Source of the DNA: a virus
Length of the DNA stretch: 64,000 nt
IMG/VR virus record: IMGVR_UViG_3300045988_051021
Strand: one strand, 5' to 3'
How positions within the stretch are numbered: the stretch's first letter is position 1; every line of letters starts with the position of its first letter. The notes below the pieces were generated by a model. It had not been told where the DNA came from, ran no database searches, and saw nothing but the letters and a program-made list of their open reading frames with translations. Below are positions 47,178 to 56,061 of the stretch, in pieces. The position numbers were made by a program, and so were the translations under genes.

Positions 47178-47617
47178 TAATAATACTGTTTACCTTGATT
47201 AGTATATTCTAATATCCTATCTCTATGCTCAGGGTCTAGATATATTAACTTCTCCCTCATAACCCCTTCGGATTGAAAGTGGAATACCATTTGATATGCA
47301 CAGAAGTTAGATGTTAGAAAGTCTACCTTAGCCCACTTACCATTTCTTCTCGCCTTAGAGAACTCATCCCTCTCAAATCGCTTCATCTTCAGCTCTGCTC
47401 TCCTAGACCTAGTTGGGAGAATAAATGTTACATTATTCTCAATTATATCTTCTAAAACCATATTCAAGGCACTCTTAAATATCTTCTTAGCGATGATTTC
47501 CTTGTGCCTATTACCTATTAATTCCTCACACGCCTTCGCAGTCATCTTCATCTTCTTAGTGGGAAAGGAGATGAATAACTCGTCTATATTCATGGCATAT
47601 CCTGTAGCGTAATTCAT
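47177..47617 (-). CDS. hypothetical protein (weak HU/IHF-like pattern)
   Basis: The ORF track gives 47177-47635. The ATG at 47615-47617 forms a TAATG overlap with the upstream stop. The pattern AKKIFKSALNMVLEDIIENNVTFILP...RRNGKW loosely resembles HU/IHF-fold proteins, which crAss-like phages encode near tail genes. The functional call is weak. Confidence 0.4.
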   Translation of the reverse strand: MNYATGYAMNIDELFISFPTKKMKMTAKACEELIGNRHKEIIAKKIFKSALNMVLEDIIENNVTFILPTRSRRAELKMKRFERDEFSKARRNGKWAKVDFLTSNFCAYQMVFHFQSEGVMREKLIYLDPEHRDRILEYTNQGKQYY

Positions 47618-48306
47618 TATTTTACAAATTTCCAAGTTTTATTAAATATCTTCCTATTCCAGCTTGTCTTAGCATCAAGGATTTCATTCATATCATTCTG
47701 ATTAATATACATTGGAACTCTGGCGGCATCACATAGTCTATACCACCTTTGCTCAAGAAGTTGAGCCTCTTGTAACATATTTTGATTATGCTTACTCCAG
47801 CCCTCTTTAAACCTGTCCGTGTATGCACAATAACAAGCTATTGCATCCTTCTCTTTCTCATTAATAAATGGTAATCCATCATCATCTAGTAAGATTCCCT
47901 TATACAATATATTAACTGAACCATAATCCTTGTCAAAGTAAAGAGTGTCATTTACTCTCTCATACTTAGCTAGCTTACCACTAATATAGAATGGATTGTT
48001 ATATACCTTACGTCCTTCAATATAGTTCTCAATGAATTGTGATTGATAATCTCCATTGACTGTATCATTAGTAGTATATCTCCAGTCCTCAAAGTCGTAT
48101 GTTACAGCCTCAACAAAGTCACAATTACATGGTAGTGTAACCGTTAAGGTTTCACAATCTATCTTACATCTATATCTGTATAGTTTAGTTTGTCTATTAC
48201 CTATCTTATTCCAGGCAATCAGACCTATTTCTTCAAACTCTTCTGGTGCTAATTCTATACCATATAATAGATTAGCTTGAGCGTATGCTGATTGAAAGTT
48301 TTCCAT
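47617..48306 (-). CDS. hypothetical protein (structural module)
   Basis: 229-aa ORF coupled to its neighbours. Confidence 0.55.
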   Translation of the reverse strand: MENFQSAYAQANLLYGIELAPEEFEEIGLIAWNKIGNRQTKLYRYRCKIDCETLTVTLPCNCDFVEAVTYDFEDWRYTTNDTVNGDYQSQFIENYIEGRKVYNNPFYISGKLAKYERVNDTLYFDKDYGSVNILYKGILLDDDGLPFINEKEKDAIACYCAYTDRFKEGWSKHNQNMLQEAQLLEQRWYRLCDAARVPMYINQNDMNEILDAKTSWNRKIFNKTWKFVK

Positions 48307-48980
48307 TATTTAGGAGTTTGGTCATTAGGTAATATCGGAGCAGCTAACTGTCTGTAATAACGTAGCTTCTTCTCCGTCAATCTCTTCTTTATTTCTGCAT
48401 CAATGAAAGTCATATTATTAATGTCCAATGCAGAACAGCATCCATAAGTTTGTAGTTGACGTGGGTCTTTGAATATACCTACCACAGATACCTGTTTGAT
48501 AACTGGGATATTAAATATCCAGCAATCATACATATTATTGGCATTGGGAGTAACATCAATATATACATAAGGTCTATTTTTAGCCCTCTTTCTATATTTA
48601 TGATACTGCATTACTGTTGGACTTATGTACCATATAAATGGCTGTCCCTTGTCTACAGAACCTATATATTCAATTCCTCCTCCGAACTCAGTTAGTAACT
48701 GTGGTATTTCAAAGTGGAATGTTGGTGTACCATCTGCTTTATTGCTACAGGTACAGCTCTCTATATCCTTACAGTCTACGTTGATACAATTAATAGACAT
48801 TAATAAATCCCTCTTAGGAATAAGTCCTTTCATGGAATATTCCTTAATGATTTGCAATCTTTCATCTACAATATCATCTTCTAGTTGTTCTATTGATAAT
48901 GTGTTTGTAGTAGTATAACCTCTAAGTCCAGACACTATATCATTATAGATTGCAGATGCTAGTTTAAAATAATATCCCAT
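48306..48980 (-). CDS. hypothetical protein (structural module)
   Basis: 224-aa ORF starting 11 nt after the upstream terminator T-run. Confidence 0.55.
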   Translation of the reverse strand: MGYYFKLASAIYNDIVSGLRGYTTTNTLSIEQLEDDIVDERLQIIKEYSMKGLIPKRDLLMSINCINVDCKDIESCTCSNKADGTPTFHFEIPQLLTEFGGGIEYIGSVDKGQPFIWYISPTVMQYHKYRKRAKNRPYVYIDVTPNANNMYDCWIFNIPVIKQVSVVGIFKDPRQLQTYGCCSALDINNMTFIDAEIKKRLTEKKLRYYRQLAAPILPNDQTPK

Positions 48981-48991
48981 AAGTATAAAGT

Positions 48992-49023
48992 AAAAAAGGC
49001 GAAGGCTTAATTGCCCTCGCCTT
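48992..49023 (-). terminator. intrinsic terminator after the BACON-like protein gene
   Basis: Minus strand: AAGGCGAGGGC (49023-49013), loop AATTAA, GCCTTCGCCTT (49006-48996), then a T-run to 48992. The stem is 11 bp with one G.U pair. Confidence 0.7.
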
Positions 49024-49028
49024 CAGTT

Positions 49029-50150
49029 TTAAGCACTTGCTTGAGTGACTGTAATTTCTTTAGCTGCCACAGCACCAGTTTCATCCTTTACAGTAACCTT
49101 TACTAATGCACTGCGAGATTTACCAGTTCCATTATCTGTACCAGTAATACCAACCTTAGTTGCACCAGGAGTTACAGTAATCCAATCTGCTTCTGTCTCT
49201 GCATCTACCCATTTAACAGTTCCTTCTTCAATAACAGGAGTTATATCTTGTTTAGTACCAAGCTTTACAAGACTAACATCCTGAACTCCGCTCTTAATGA
49301 AGATAGGTTTCTTCTCTGTAGTTAGGGTACCTAGCACAGCTAATGCTGCTTCGAACTCTGCAGCGATAGACTCTAGTACATAGAATACATGAGTAGTTTT
49401 AGATGTAACTTGCTGACCAACAGCAGCACCTCCAAATAAACCTCTATCTACTGTGTAGTAAATAGTATATTGGTTATACTTCATTCCTGGGATAGGAAGT
49501 TCCTCTTGGTTTACAGCTTCAAATCTTCTAGCCTCAATAGTAGGTAATCTAAGGTCTTTTAGGATGTGAGTATAGGTACCAAATCCCTCAATACTCTTAG
49601 TAATTGTACCTTCTATAATATCCTCATATACTTCGTTAGTAAGTGGATTATTAGCAGCTGTATTAAGCTTTTGAATCTTAGCCTCAGTGAATAATTGATA
49701 CTCATCAACTCCGTGGATTATTAACTTATCGCCCTTAACCTCAGTTCTGATGTATTTATCACCATAGAAAGCCTGAATCTTATCAATAACTCTTTTAATT
49801 TCTTTAGCAACATCAGTTGCAGAGGTGGAACCAGAGGTGATTCTGAACTCATAAACAAAAGGCTTACCTTTGAATACGAAGTCATTAGAGTAGTATGAGT
49901 TCTGACTTCCAGATAATCTGATGTATAACTTCAACCTATAGATACCTACGCCTGGGTTAGTAATAGTGAACTCTGCCTTACCAATAACTGGGTCGGAAGC
50001 AGTTCTCTTGTGCATAGCACTTACGTTCTTCTTGAGGAACTTGTTTACACGTCTTACCTCAATGTTGTCTGAACCCTTAACGATTTTATCTAAACCAGTG
50101 GTTACATCTTTCAGTGAGTTTAATACAATAGTGTTAGTGTACTGAAACAT
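49029..50150 (-). CDS. virion surface/decoration protein with C-terminal BACON-like Ig domain
   Basis: The C-terminus ADWITVTPGATKVGITGTDNGTGKSRSALVKVTVKDETGAVAAKEITVTQ fits the BACON pattern (aDWltvsp...N.tg..R.a.itv......tvtvtQ). The gene is followed by its own terminator, which suggests high expression. Confidence 0.5.
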   Translation of the reverse strand: MFQYTNTIVLNSLKDVTTGLDKIVKGSDNIEVRRVNKFLKKNVSAMHKRTASDPVIGKAEFTITNPGVGIYRLKLYIRLSGSQNSYYSNDFVFKGKPFVYEFRITSGSTSATDVAKEIKRVIDKIQAFYGDKYIRTEVKGDKLIIHGVDEYQLFTEAKIQKLNTAANNPLTNEVYEDIIEGTITKSIEGFGTYTHILKDLRLPTIEARRFEAVNQEELPIPGMKYNQYTIYYTVDRGLFGGAAVGQQVTSKTTHVFYVLESIAAEFEAALAVLGTLTTEKKPIFIKSGVQDVSLVKLGTKQDITPVIEEGTVKWVDAETEADWITVTPGATKVGITGTDNGTGKSRSALVKVTVKDETGAVAAKEITVTQASA

Positions 50151-50159
50151 AACTTAAAT

Positions 50160-51110
50160 TTATTTTTTAGTTTGTGACTGTTGCTGAGCTGGATTTGCAA
50201 TAGTCTGATTAACTGCTAAATTAGTTTGAAGCCTTGGGTCACCTGCGTTCTCCAATAATAGCTTTGCCAGCTCATTTATAATCTCTTGACACACATAATC
50301 TGGAAACTCCATGACTTGTGATGTATCTTCAACCATTTCAATCTGGTCTTGTGTTAGTCTAATTTTTTGAGGAGTCTTAATGTAATCAACAAATATATCA
50401 GTTAATTGAAATACAGAAGAATCCTTGCCATACCTAATTTCAAGTCTAACTTGAGATGGATTTCCATACCTATTAACTCCTGGCTGTTCTATTAAGTCTA
50501 CTGACTTACCTCCAATAGTAATTTTAGTTGGAAGTGAACCATCTGTACCAGTAGTTTGCTGAATAGTTGTGTTTGGTGATATACTTCCTTCTCCAGCAGT
50601 AAGTCTTACTGGATTAGTAGGCATTGTCGTAGCACTATTTACATTGTGTATGAAGTAATAAGGATTTCTATAAGAGGGTTGCATATAGAAGTTCCTTATT
50701 ATCTGTGACCAAAGGTCTGAGGTTAAACGCTTAGCACCAATTTGTACATAAGTACCAGCATCATAGCACTCATATGTCTTTACTACTTTGAAATTGCATA
50801 CACAATTCAAAATATGTAAATAATCCAATGGGAGATTTACTTCATAAACAGCTCCATACAGTGAGTTAGTTTGAGAACTAACAGCAGCGTATGTGTTTGT
50901 AGCCAGAGTAGGCTGGAGGATGGCAGTAGATTTTAAAACTCTAATGTCATCTGTTGATTGTTGATTTACATCATAAATGTTGTACTTCTTATTAATGTAT
51001 TGGTATATCGCCTTATTTAATAAGTAGTTAAAGTCCTCAAGTAAAATACTTGGAGCAGCAGTCTTATTCATTTCAACTAATGCTCCTCTGTATACTTGTT
51101 TCGCTGTCAT
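50160..51110 (-). CDS. hypothetical virion protein
   Basis: 316-aa ORF in the head-gene neighbourhood. Confidence 0.55.
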   Translation of the reverse strand: MTAKQVYRGALVEMNKTAAPSILLEDFNYLLNKAIYQYINKKYNIYDVNQQSTDDIRVLKSTAILQPTLATNTYAAVSSQTNSLYGAVYEVNLPLDYLHILNCVCNFKVVKTYECYDAGTYVQIGAKRLTSDLWSQIIRNFYMQPSYRNPYYFIHNVNSATTMPTNPVRLTAGEGSISPNTTIQQTTGTDGSLPTKITIGGKSVDLIEQPGVNRYGNPSQVRLEIRYGKDSSVFQLTDIFVDYIKTPQKIRLTQDQIEMVEDTSQVMEFPDYVCQEIINELAKLLLENAGDPRLQTNLAVNQTIANPAQQQSQTKK

Positions 51111-51120
51111 TTAGGTAATG

Positions 51121-51957
51121 TTATTTCTTAGATGCACTTTCTTCTAAGTACATATCAGGATAAGTATCTCTCTTAATAAGTTCAAGTACCTTACTGTTAG
51201 TAGGGTTCTTCATCCAAGTGATTACTGCATCGTCAGTTGCACCCAATACAATGCTATCACCATATAGATAAACCTTGTTCTTAACGTATATGACATTTTT
51301 GTCTTTAGCGTCAATAAACATCAATCTCAGATTAATATCTCCACCAGTATATAGGTCAATAATCTTCTCTGGAGATTTATGCGATATTTCAAGCAAGTAG
51401 TCTGTAATATCTGCGTCTGGTGCATTACGCATATTCTTACCAAGCAATCTAGCTTTAAGTGCTCTACCTTCTGCACCTTTAGGGTCACCATAGATGTAAG
51501 AATCAGCATCGTGGATAAGTTTCTTCTTAGAGATTCTCTTAGCAGTATCATATCCAGGTCTTTCTACATATAGCTCAGCTGTACCATAACGAGCACGAGT
51601 CTTACCTTCAGCTATTTCACCATCAATTAGTAAATTTCCTTTAGAGTCCCTTGCATCTCTTGATAATGCAATAAGAGGACAATGTTGTATTGAGTACCAC
51701 TCAGCAGCCTGCCATTCATCATTTAGGTTAAACGTAGTACCATCTTCAATGATGAACACTTTATTTTCAGGAATAAGTGGTTTACCTTCATTTCTATCCT
51801 TATCAGAGATAATCATATCACCCTTACTATCTACTGGTCTCACGCAATCAGGGAATCTACCAGTCTTCGGGTCTCTAACAGGATTCATGAAGTACTTCTG
51901 TCCAACTTTACCGAACACACTTCTTAAAATAATTATATCGTCTAAAACATCAGCCAT
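51121..51957 (-). CDS. hypothetical virion protein
   Basis: 278-aa ORF downstream of the capsid gene. Confidence 0.55.
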   Translation of the reverse strand: MADVLDDIIILRSVFGKVGQKYFMNPVRDPKTGRFPDCVRPVDSKGDMIISDKDRNEGKPLIPENKVFIIEDGTTFNLNDEWQAAEWYSIQHCPLIALSRDARDSKGNLLIDGEIAEGKTRARYGTAELYVERPGYDTAKRISKKKLIHDADSYIYGDPKGAEGRALKARLLGKNMRNAPDADITDYLLEISHKSPEKIIDLYTGGDINLRLMFIDAKDKNVIYVKNKVYLYGDSIVLGATDDAVITWMKNPTNSKVLELIKRDTYPDMYLEESASKK

Positions 51958-52006
51958 ATTAATTCGTATTTTTATTGTATATCATACATCATCTTTATAA
52001 TGAGTA

Positions 52007-52035
52007 TGAGAGGGACTATAGATTAGCCCCTCCCA
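52007..52035 (-). terminator. hairpin downstream of capsid exon 2 (possible terminator/stabiliser, no U-tract)
   Basis: Minus strand: TGGGAGGGGC, loop TAATCTATA, GTCCCTCTCA. The stem is 10 bp with two G.U pairs, and the hairpin starts 24 nt after the stop at 52060. No T-run follows it. Confidence 0.3.
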
Positions 52036-52059
52036 ACACATCTTGATTATATATTTTTA

Positions 52060-52242
52060 TTACGCTTCTTTCATAATGAAGCTTCTGTATGGAGAGAATA
52101 CTCCAACACCAGAATAACCCCAGTTGATTACCTTAGATGCAGCTGTAGTACTTGAAACAATACCAGAGCTTAGACCATCTAAACCACCAACACCTGGATA
52201 CTTGTTAGTAATGAAGTCACCACCCTTTAATGTAAACATTTG
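52060..52242 (-). CDS. major capsid protein, exon 2 (60 aa)
   Basis: An ORF below the track cutoff: (Q)MFTLKGGDFITNKYPGVGGLDGLSSGIVSSTTAASKVINWGYSGVGVFSPYRSFIMKEA*. It starts immediately after the intron terminal G (52243). Its first 8 nt, CAAAUGUU, pair perfectly with the intron guide sequence (P10). Confidence 0.7.
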   Translation of the reverse strand, partial: QMFTLKGGDFITNKYPGVGGLDGLSSGIVSSTTAASKVINWGYSGVGVFSPYRSFIMKEA

Positions 52243-53615
52243 CCCTCAAATACACTTGTTGTGTAAATTTAGGAGTGCACTATATCTTTAACTTATTCCT
52301 GTAAGTATATTATTCAATATATTTAAAAATGAATCCTCCAGCTGTTTTACGTTTGCCAGATAAAACGTTAGGGGCACCACAAGTATCAGCCTTTGCTTCT
52401 CTCACTGTATTGAATACTTGTACAAGCCCACCATTCAATGTATATTTACCAACCTTTCTTGCTTGAGTTTTAGTCTCCAGTTTCTTCATATTAGGTAGTT
52501 TAGTAGCACTCCACTGGAATCCATAAGCGGAATTTCCAATTCTTAATGCTCTATAGACTGCTGATGGGTTCTGTATTCCTAATTCCTCTTGTAAGTCCTT
52601 TAGCGAAGGAATGAATTTTATAAACTCTCCAGATAATGTATACTGGTAGAACCCATTATAAGATTTTCTTTTGGGAACCACAATTGCATCAGTATAATAT
52701 GTAGTTACATAACAGTTACTAATACTATAATTGCCTGAAATAGCCGTAGAGAGGTTAGCTGTTGTTACACCAAGAAACTTAGAACATTCAGTAATTGATT
52801 TAAACTCCTGTAAATAATTACCATCCTTATCATATAGATAGCACTTAGTTTTATTCTCATCAATTTTAAACTCTTTTGGATTAATGGACTCATACTTATA
52901 GTCTGTCCACAAATAGCCTAGGCTAGGAGTTCTTTCAAATATTGCTTGCCCAATACAGGAGCTGGAACATTTGTATTCTAAACTAGCTTCTGTTATAGAA
53001 ACCCACTCCTTAATAAAGTTACCATCCAAATCGTATTGATAGATAGTTTTTACTTTAATCGGAGGTAAGCTCCCACCTAGAGCAACATTGTAAGTATCCT
53101 TTCTGCTTATAAACTCTTCGTCAACTAGCCATCTTTCTAAGTCTAATGCATCCTCTAAAGTGTCAAACACTTTAAGAGTCTTCCTTATAAACTTACTTGG
53201 ACCATACTTATTTACAGCAGCCTCAAAAGGAGTTTTACTATACCTATATGTACTTCTATCAGTTACTTTTATACCATTACCTAAATATCCATCGAAATCA
53301 TATGGAGTTTCAGTTCTATGTACTCCAATGTAAATCTTCTTGTTAGCTGTATTTGTTGTTAAATATACTATGTATTTCATTTTTAAATTGTTGATTTTAC
53401 TTACTCATTAAGTTATCTCCCACTTCCATTAGATATCCTAATGTACGTCTCGCGACTAGCCTCTGGACTTTCATTGGAGCTACGATTACCATCGCCTGCA
53501 TATCCCAATGCTTAGCTGCTGATTGTCCTTGTTAACAGGAGTTCCAGCAATTCAGGAGTTATTTGTCATTTATCAGTTTAAAGTGTTATGCAGCTGCTAC
53601 CCAAATGTTACTTAA
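52243..53615 (-). mobile_element. group I intron (1,373 nt) in the capsid gene, carrying a GIY-YIG homing endonuclease ORF
   Basis: The core elements are near consensus and in the canonical order: P AAUUGCUGGAA (53552-53542), Q AAUCAGCAGC (53524-53515), R GUCCAGAGGCUAG (53468-53456), S AAGAUAUAGUGC (52288-52277). The guide sequence AACAUUUG-GGUAGCAG (53609-53594) forms P10 and P1. The 5' splice site follows a U that pairs with G, and the last intron nucleotide is G. The flanks also contain several hairpins, including GUC-GCGA-GAC and CAUUAG..CUAAUG. Confidence 0.8.
52310..53380 (-). CDS. intron-encoded GIY-YIG homing endonuclease
   Basis: N-terminus KYIVYLTTNTANKKIYIGVH is the GIY-YIG motif. 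Four NUMOD1-like helix-turn-helix repeats follow (ITEASLEYKCSSSCIGQAI, ITECSKFLGVTTANLSTAI, LKDLQEELGIQNPSAVYRAL, VREAKADTCGAPNVLSGKRKTAGGF). It lies between intron elements R and S. Confidence 0.85.
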   Translation of the reverse strand: MKYIVYLTTNTANKKIYIGVHRTETPYDFDGYLGNGIKVTDRSTYRYSKTPFEAAVNKYGPSKFIRKTLKVFDTLEDALDLERWLVDEEFISRKDTYNVALGGSLPPIKVKTIYQYDLDGNFIKEWVSITEASLEYKCSSSCIGQAIFERTPSLGYLWTDYKYESINPKEFKIDENKTKCYLYDKDGNYLQEFKSITECSKFLGVTTANLSTAISGNYSISNCYVTTYYTDAIVVPKRKSYNGFYQYTLSGEFIKFIPSLKDLQEELGIQNPSAVYRALRIGNSAYGFQWSATKLPNMKKLETKTQARKVGKYTLNGGLVQVFNTVREAKADTCGAPNVLSGKRKTAGGFIFKYIE

Positions 53616-54854
53616 AATAGCAGGTTCACCACTAGTCTTATCAGCAGTAAGGTCAAGCATTAGACCAAAGCCCTTCTCAGAACCCCATTCACGAGAGAAT
53701 GTTCTGTCCACCTTGAATGAAATAGTGTTACCACCCATTTCATAGCTATTGAATGTAGCACCAACGTCTACATATCCGTTAGCCTTCTTAGACCATAGAT
53801 AAGTACCACAAGTTTTGAATCTTGCAAGCCACTCTGATAGGCAGCTTTGGATGTCATTCCACATCTTCTCGTTGCAGATGAATACATACTTATTACCAGT
53901 TGGGTTTTCACTCTTCTCATTCATCATAGCCATAGCTGTAGTGAATGCTTCTGGAGTAAGTTTATTGTAAACATACTTAGATGCAAATCTCTCGATTTGT
54001 GGGATGATACCGTCACCAATATAGATTGGACGACCAGTGTCAGGGTCAGAGATTGTTGGTTTACCGTTCTTATCTACGTTAGTCTTATTGAATAATAGAC
54101 CTTGGTTACGAACTTCCAAGAAGTTTCTTAATAGATTCTTCTCAAGAGTATCCATCTTGTACATTGTTTCCTTAACAGCACCATTGCCTTCACCTTTACC
54201 AATGCTGATAAATGTTTGCTCTAGTGGCTTGAATAGAGAAGTATAGCTGTCATCAACACGGTGTGTAGTGATGTAACCTCTATGTCTTTCAATGTTAGAT
54301 TGATACTTAGCATAACCCTCTTCGTGTGCCTCAGGCATAGCGTTAGATTGGAATCTTGTAGTGTCACCAATCTGGCATCCGTCTAGGTCTAGGATTGAAG
54401 AATAGTCGTTATCAATTAGTCTTACTTCAACAGTCCAATAATTATCTGCAACTCTTGTGGGTCTAGAGATAACTTGGCATTGCTGCATTGTTTTGTCAAT
54501 CTTAAAAATGTCATACTTCTGGTAATAGTTCTCTTTGAAAGCCATTACGATGGTTGTACCACCTTCACCATTAGTTGCTGGAACATCTGCGAACTCAACT
54601 CTCTTGATGTAGTTGGTTTCAACTTCCCACTCGAAGTACATACTATCAATGCTTCTGTATTTGCTATTTGACTTAGAATCCATATAGAAGATATTTCTTA
54701 GAGATTCTGTCAAGTAAGAAGCAGTTAAATTAGGGTAGAGTCTTGAAACTATACCAAGTCTAGTTGGTTTTGTACCTAAGAACTTATAGAAGTCTTCATA
54801 AGTTCTGGTTTCGCTCATTGTAGGGCGATTTGTTACGAAATTTGCTACTATCAT
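53616..54854 (-). CDS. major capsid protein, exon 1 (413 aa)
   Basis: The ORF track gives 53586-54854. The last 9 codons (LSNIWVAAA*) are intron read-through. The gene lies directly downstream of an acidic scaffold-like gene and a strong promoter. The spliced product is 473 aa. The capsid identity is inferred from context, size and my recollection of the crAss-like capsid sequence style, and was not checked by a search. Confidence 0.6.
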
Positions 54855-54870
54855 ACTTTATAATTTAAAT

Positions 54871-55962
54871 TTAATCTAAATCATCAATTGTTATTACCTT
54901 CTTAGCAGGGGCAGCCGTACTACCTGCTGTTTTTTTGACCACTGTCTTAGCTGCATTTGGAGCTTTACCTCCCTTAGCATCTTCAAACCCTTTATTATAA
55001 TTGTATTTAGATGCTTCTGTAATCTTCTGTTTGTAATAATCAGTAATTTGACTAAACGCCTCCTGTCCTTTAAGCGCATACCAAACCATGCCAACTAAGG
55101 TCTTAGGGTCATTTAACGCTTTGGCGATGTGTCTCACTCCTGCAACATCTGAATCTAAGATAAAGCTAGCAATTTCATTCATATCGTCCTCAGACAAGGT
55201 TAATGAGGACTCACCCAAGTCAATGGTATCATTCTCTTGAATTGCAGCCACAATAGTGTCTTCGAACTCTTGAGCAGCTTTCTCAGCGGCTAATCTTTGT
55301 TCTTCTTCCTCTTGTTGAGCTAGCAACTCTTCTTTCTTCTTGTATTCATTGCGGATACCTTGAACCTTCTTCTGATATAGTGCTTCATTCTGTTTAGCTA
55401 ATTCTAACTCAGCAGAAGCATCTTCCTCAGTAAGCTCTGGGACTTTAGCTTTTAAATCTATAAGATATAGTTCATCATCTGGGATAGAATCAATCTCATA
55501 TACAGGAGTATCTTCTTGATTAGAATCTAAATACTCTTGAATAGCTTGCTGGGCGATATACTTCTTATATTCATCTGCGCTCAGATTACTTGCCCTTAAC
55601 TCGTTAATAAGACTAACTTCATCTTCTGCTAAACCAAAGTCATCATCTGACTCATCATAATTTAAGATTTGAAGTTGTTCCTCCCTTGAAAGTTCATTAA
55701 AACTTTTCTCTTCAATCTCTCCTGCTTCATTCTCAAATTTGATAGCTTCAGGATTGATTCCTTTATCTTTTAGTAGGGAAACGATAATGTCCTCCTCTTC
55801 TGGCTCGTTAGTTGGCTCATCCTCGTGAACTTCCTCGTCTTGCGGTGCAGAACCATCAAGCCAAGGCTTCTCATAGGTATCTTCGTCAAACTCATTCCCA
55901 GGAGTTACGTCTTCGTCTAATCCTACATCGTCAATGTCTAAATCCTCTAATTTCATACTCAT
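54871..55962 (-). CDS. acidic scaffold-like protein
   Basis: Start placed at MSMKLEDLDIDD (ATG 55960-55962). The ORF-track N-terminal extension to 56052 runs across the promoter and inverted repeats. The protein is extremely D/E-rich with coiled-coil segments and sits immediately upstream of the capsid gene. Confidence 0.55.
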   Translation of the reverse strand: MSMKLEDLDIDDVGLDEDVTPGNEFDEDTYEKPWLDGSAPQDEEVHEDEPTNEPEEEDIIVSLLKDKGINPEAIKFENEAGEIEEKSFNELSREEQLQILNYDESDDDFGLAEDEVSLINELRASNLSADEYKKYIAQQAIQEYLDSNQEDTPVYEIDSIPDDELYLIDLKAKVPELTEEDASAELELAKQNEALYQKKVQGIRNEYKKKEELLAQQEEEEQRLAAEKAAQEFEDTIVAAIQENDTIDLGESSLTLSEDDMNEIASFILDSDVAGVRHIAKALNDPKTLVGMVWYALKGQEAFSQITDYYKQKITEASKYNYNKGFEDAKGGKAPNAAKTVVKKTAGSTAAPAKKVITIDDLD

Positions 55963-55986
55963 ATTATTCCCTTTTAAAGTTATTTG

Positions 55987-56017
55987 CAAAATTAAGGAAA
56001 TTTTAGGGGTGTCCAAA
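55987..56017 (-). promoter_or_regulatory. Bacteroides-type promoter for the scaffold-capsid unit
   Basis: Minus strand: TTTG (56017-56014), a 19-nt spacer, then TAATTTTG (55994-55987). It ends 24 nt upstream of ATG 55962. Confidence 0.6.
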
Positions 56018-56056
56018 ATGATTTGATGAAATTCATCAATATTTAAGAACACCCCT
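56005..56056 (-). promoter_or_regulatory. nested inverted repeats overlapping and upstream of the -33 element
   Basis: Coordinates and sequences here are plus strand. The outer repeat is AGGGGTGT (56005-56012) with ACACCCCT (56049-56056). The inner repeat is a 17-nt palindrome TTGATGAAATTCATCAA (56023-56039). It lies between the amidase stop and the scaffold promoter. Confidence 0.45.
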
Positions 56057-56061
56057 AATTA

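Noticed and set aside
47618-47635. The longer start (MEICKIM...) for the 152-aa ORF, and an IHF/HU identity for it.
   Set aside because: The ATG at 47615-47617 gives the recurrent TAATG coupling. The HU/IHF resemblance is only a loose pattern, so it is kept as a low-confidence note.
52060-52239. The 59-aa ORF (MFTLKGGDF...IMKEA) read as an independent small gene.
   Set aside because: It begins 3 nt after a group I intron 3' end. Its first nucleotides pair perfectly with the intron guide sequence (P10), and it joins the capsid exon 1 in frame. Treated as capsid exon 2.
53586-53615. The last 9 codons plus stop of the capsid ORF as given in the ORF track (LSNIWVAAA*).
   Set aside because: These nucleotides form the P1 loop and the internal guide sequence of the intron. 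The apparent coding is read-through into the intron.
55963-56052. N-terminal extension of the scaffold-like ORF (MFLNIDEFHQIILDTPKISLILQITLKGNN).
   Set aside because: It spans the promoter elements and the inverted repeats. The Met at 55962 lies 24 nt downstream of the -7 box and starts the acidic region.
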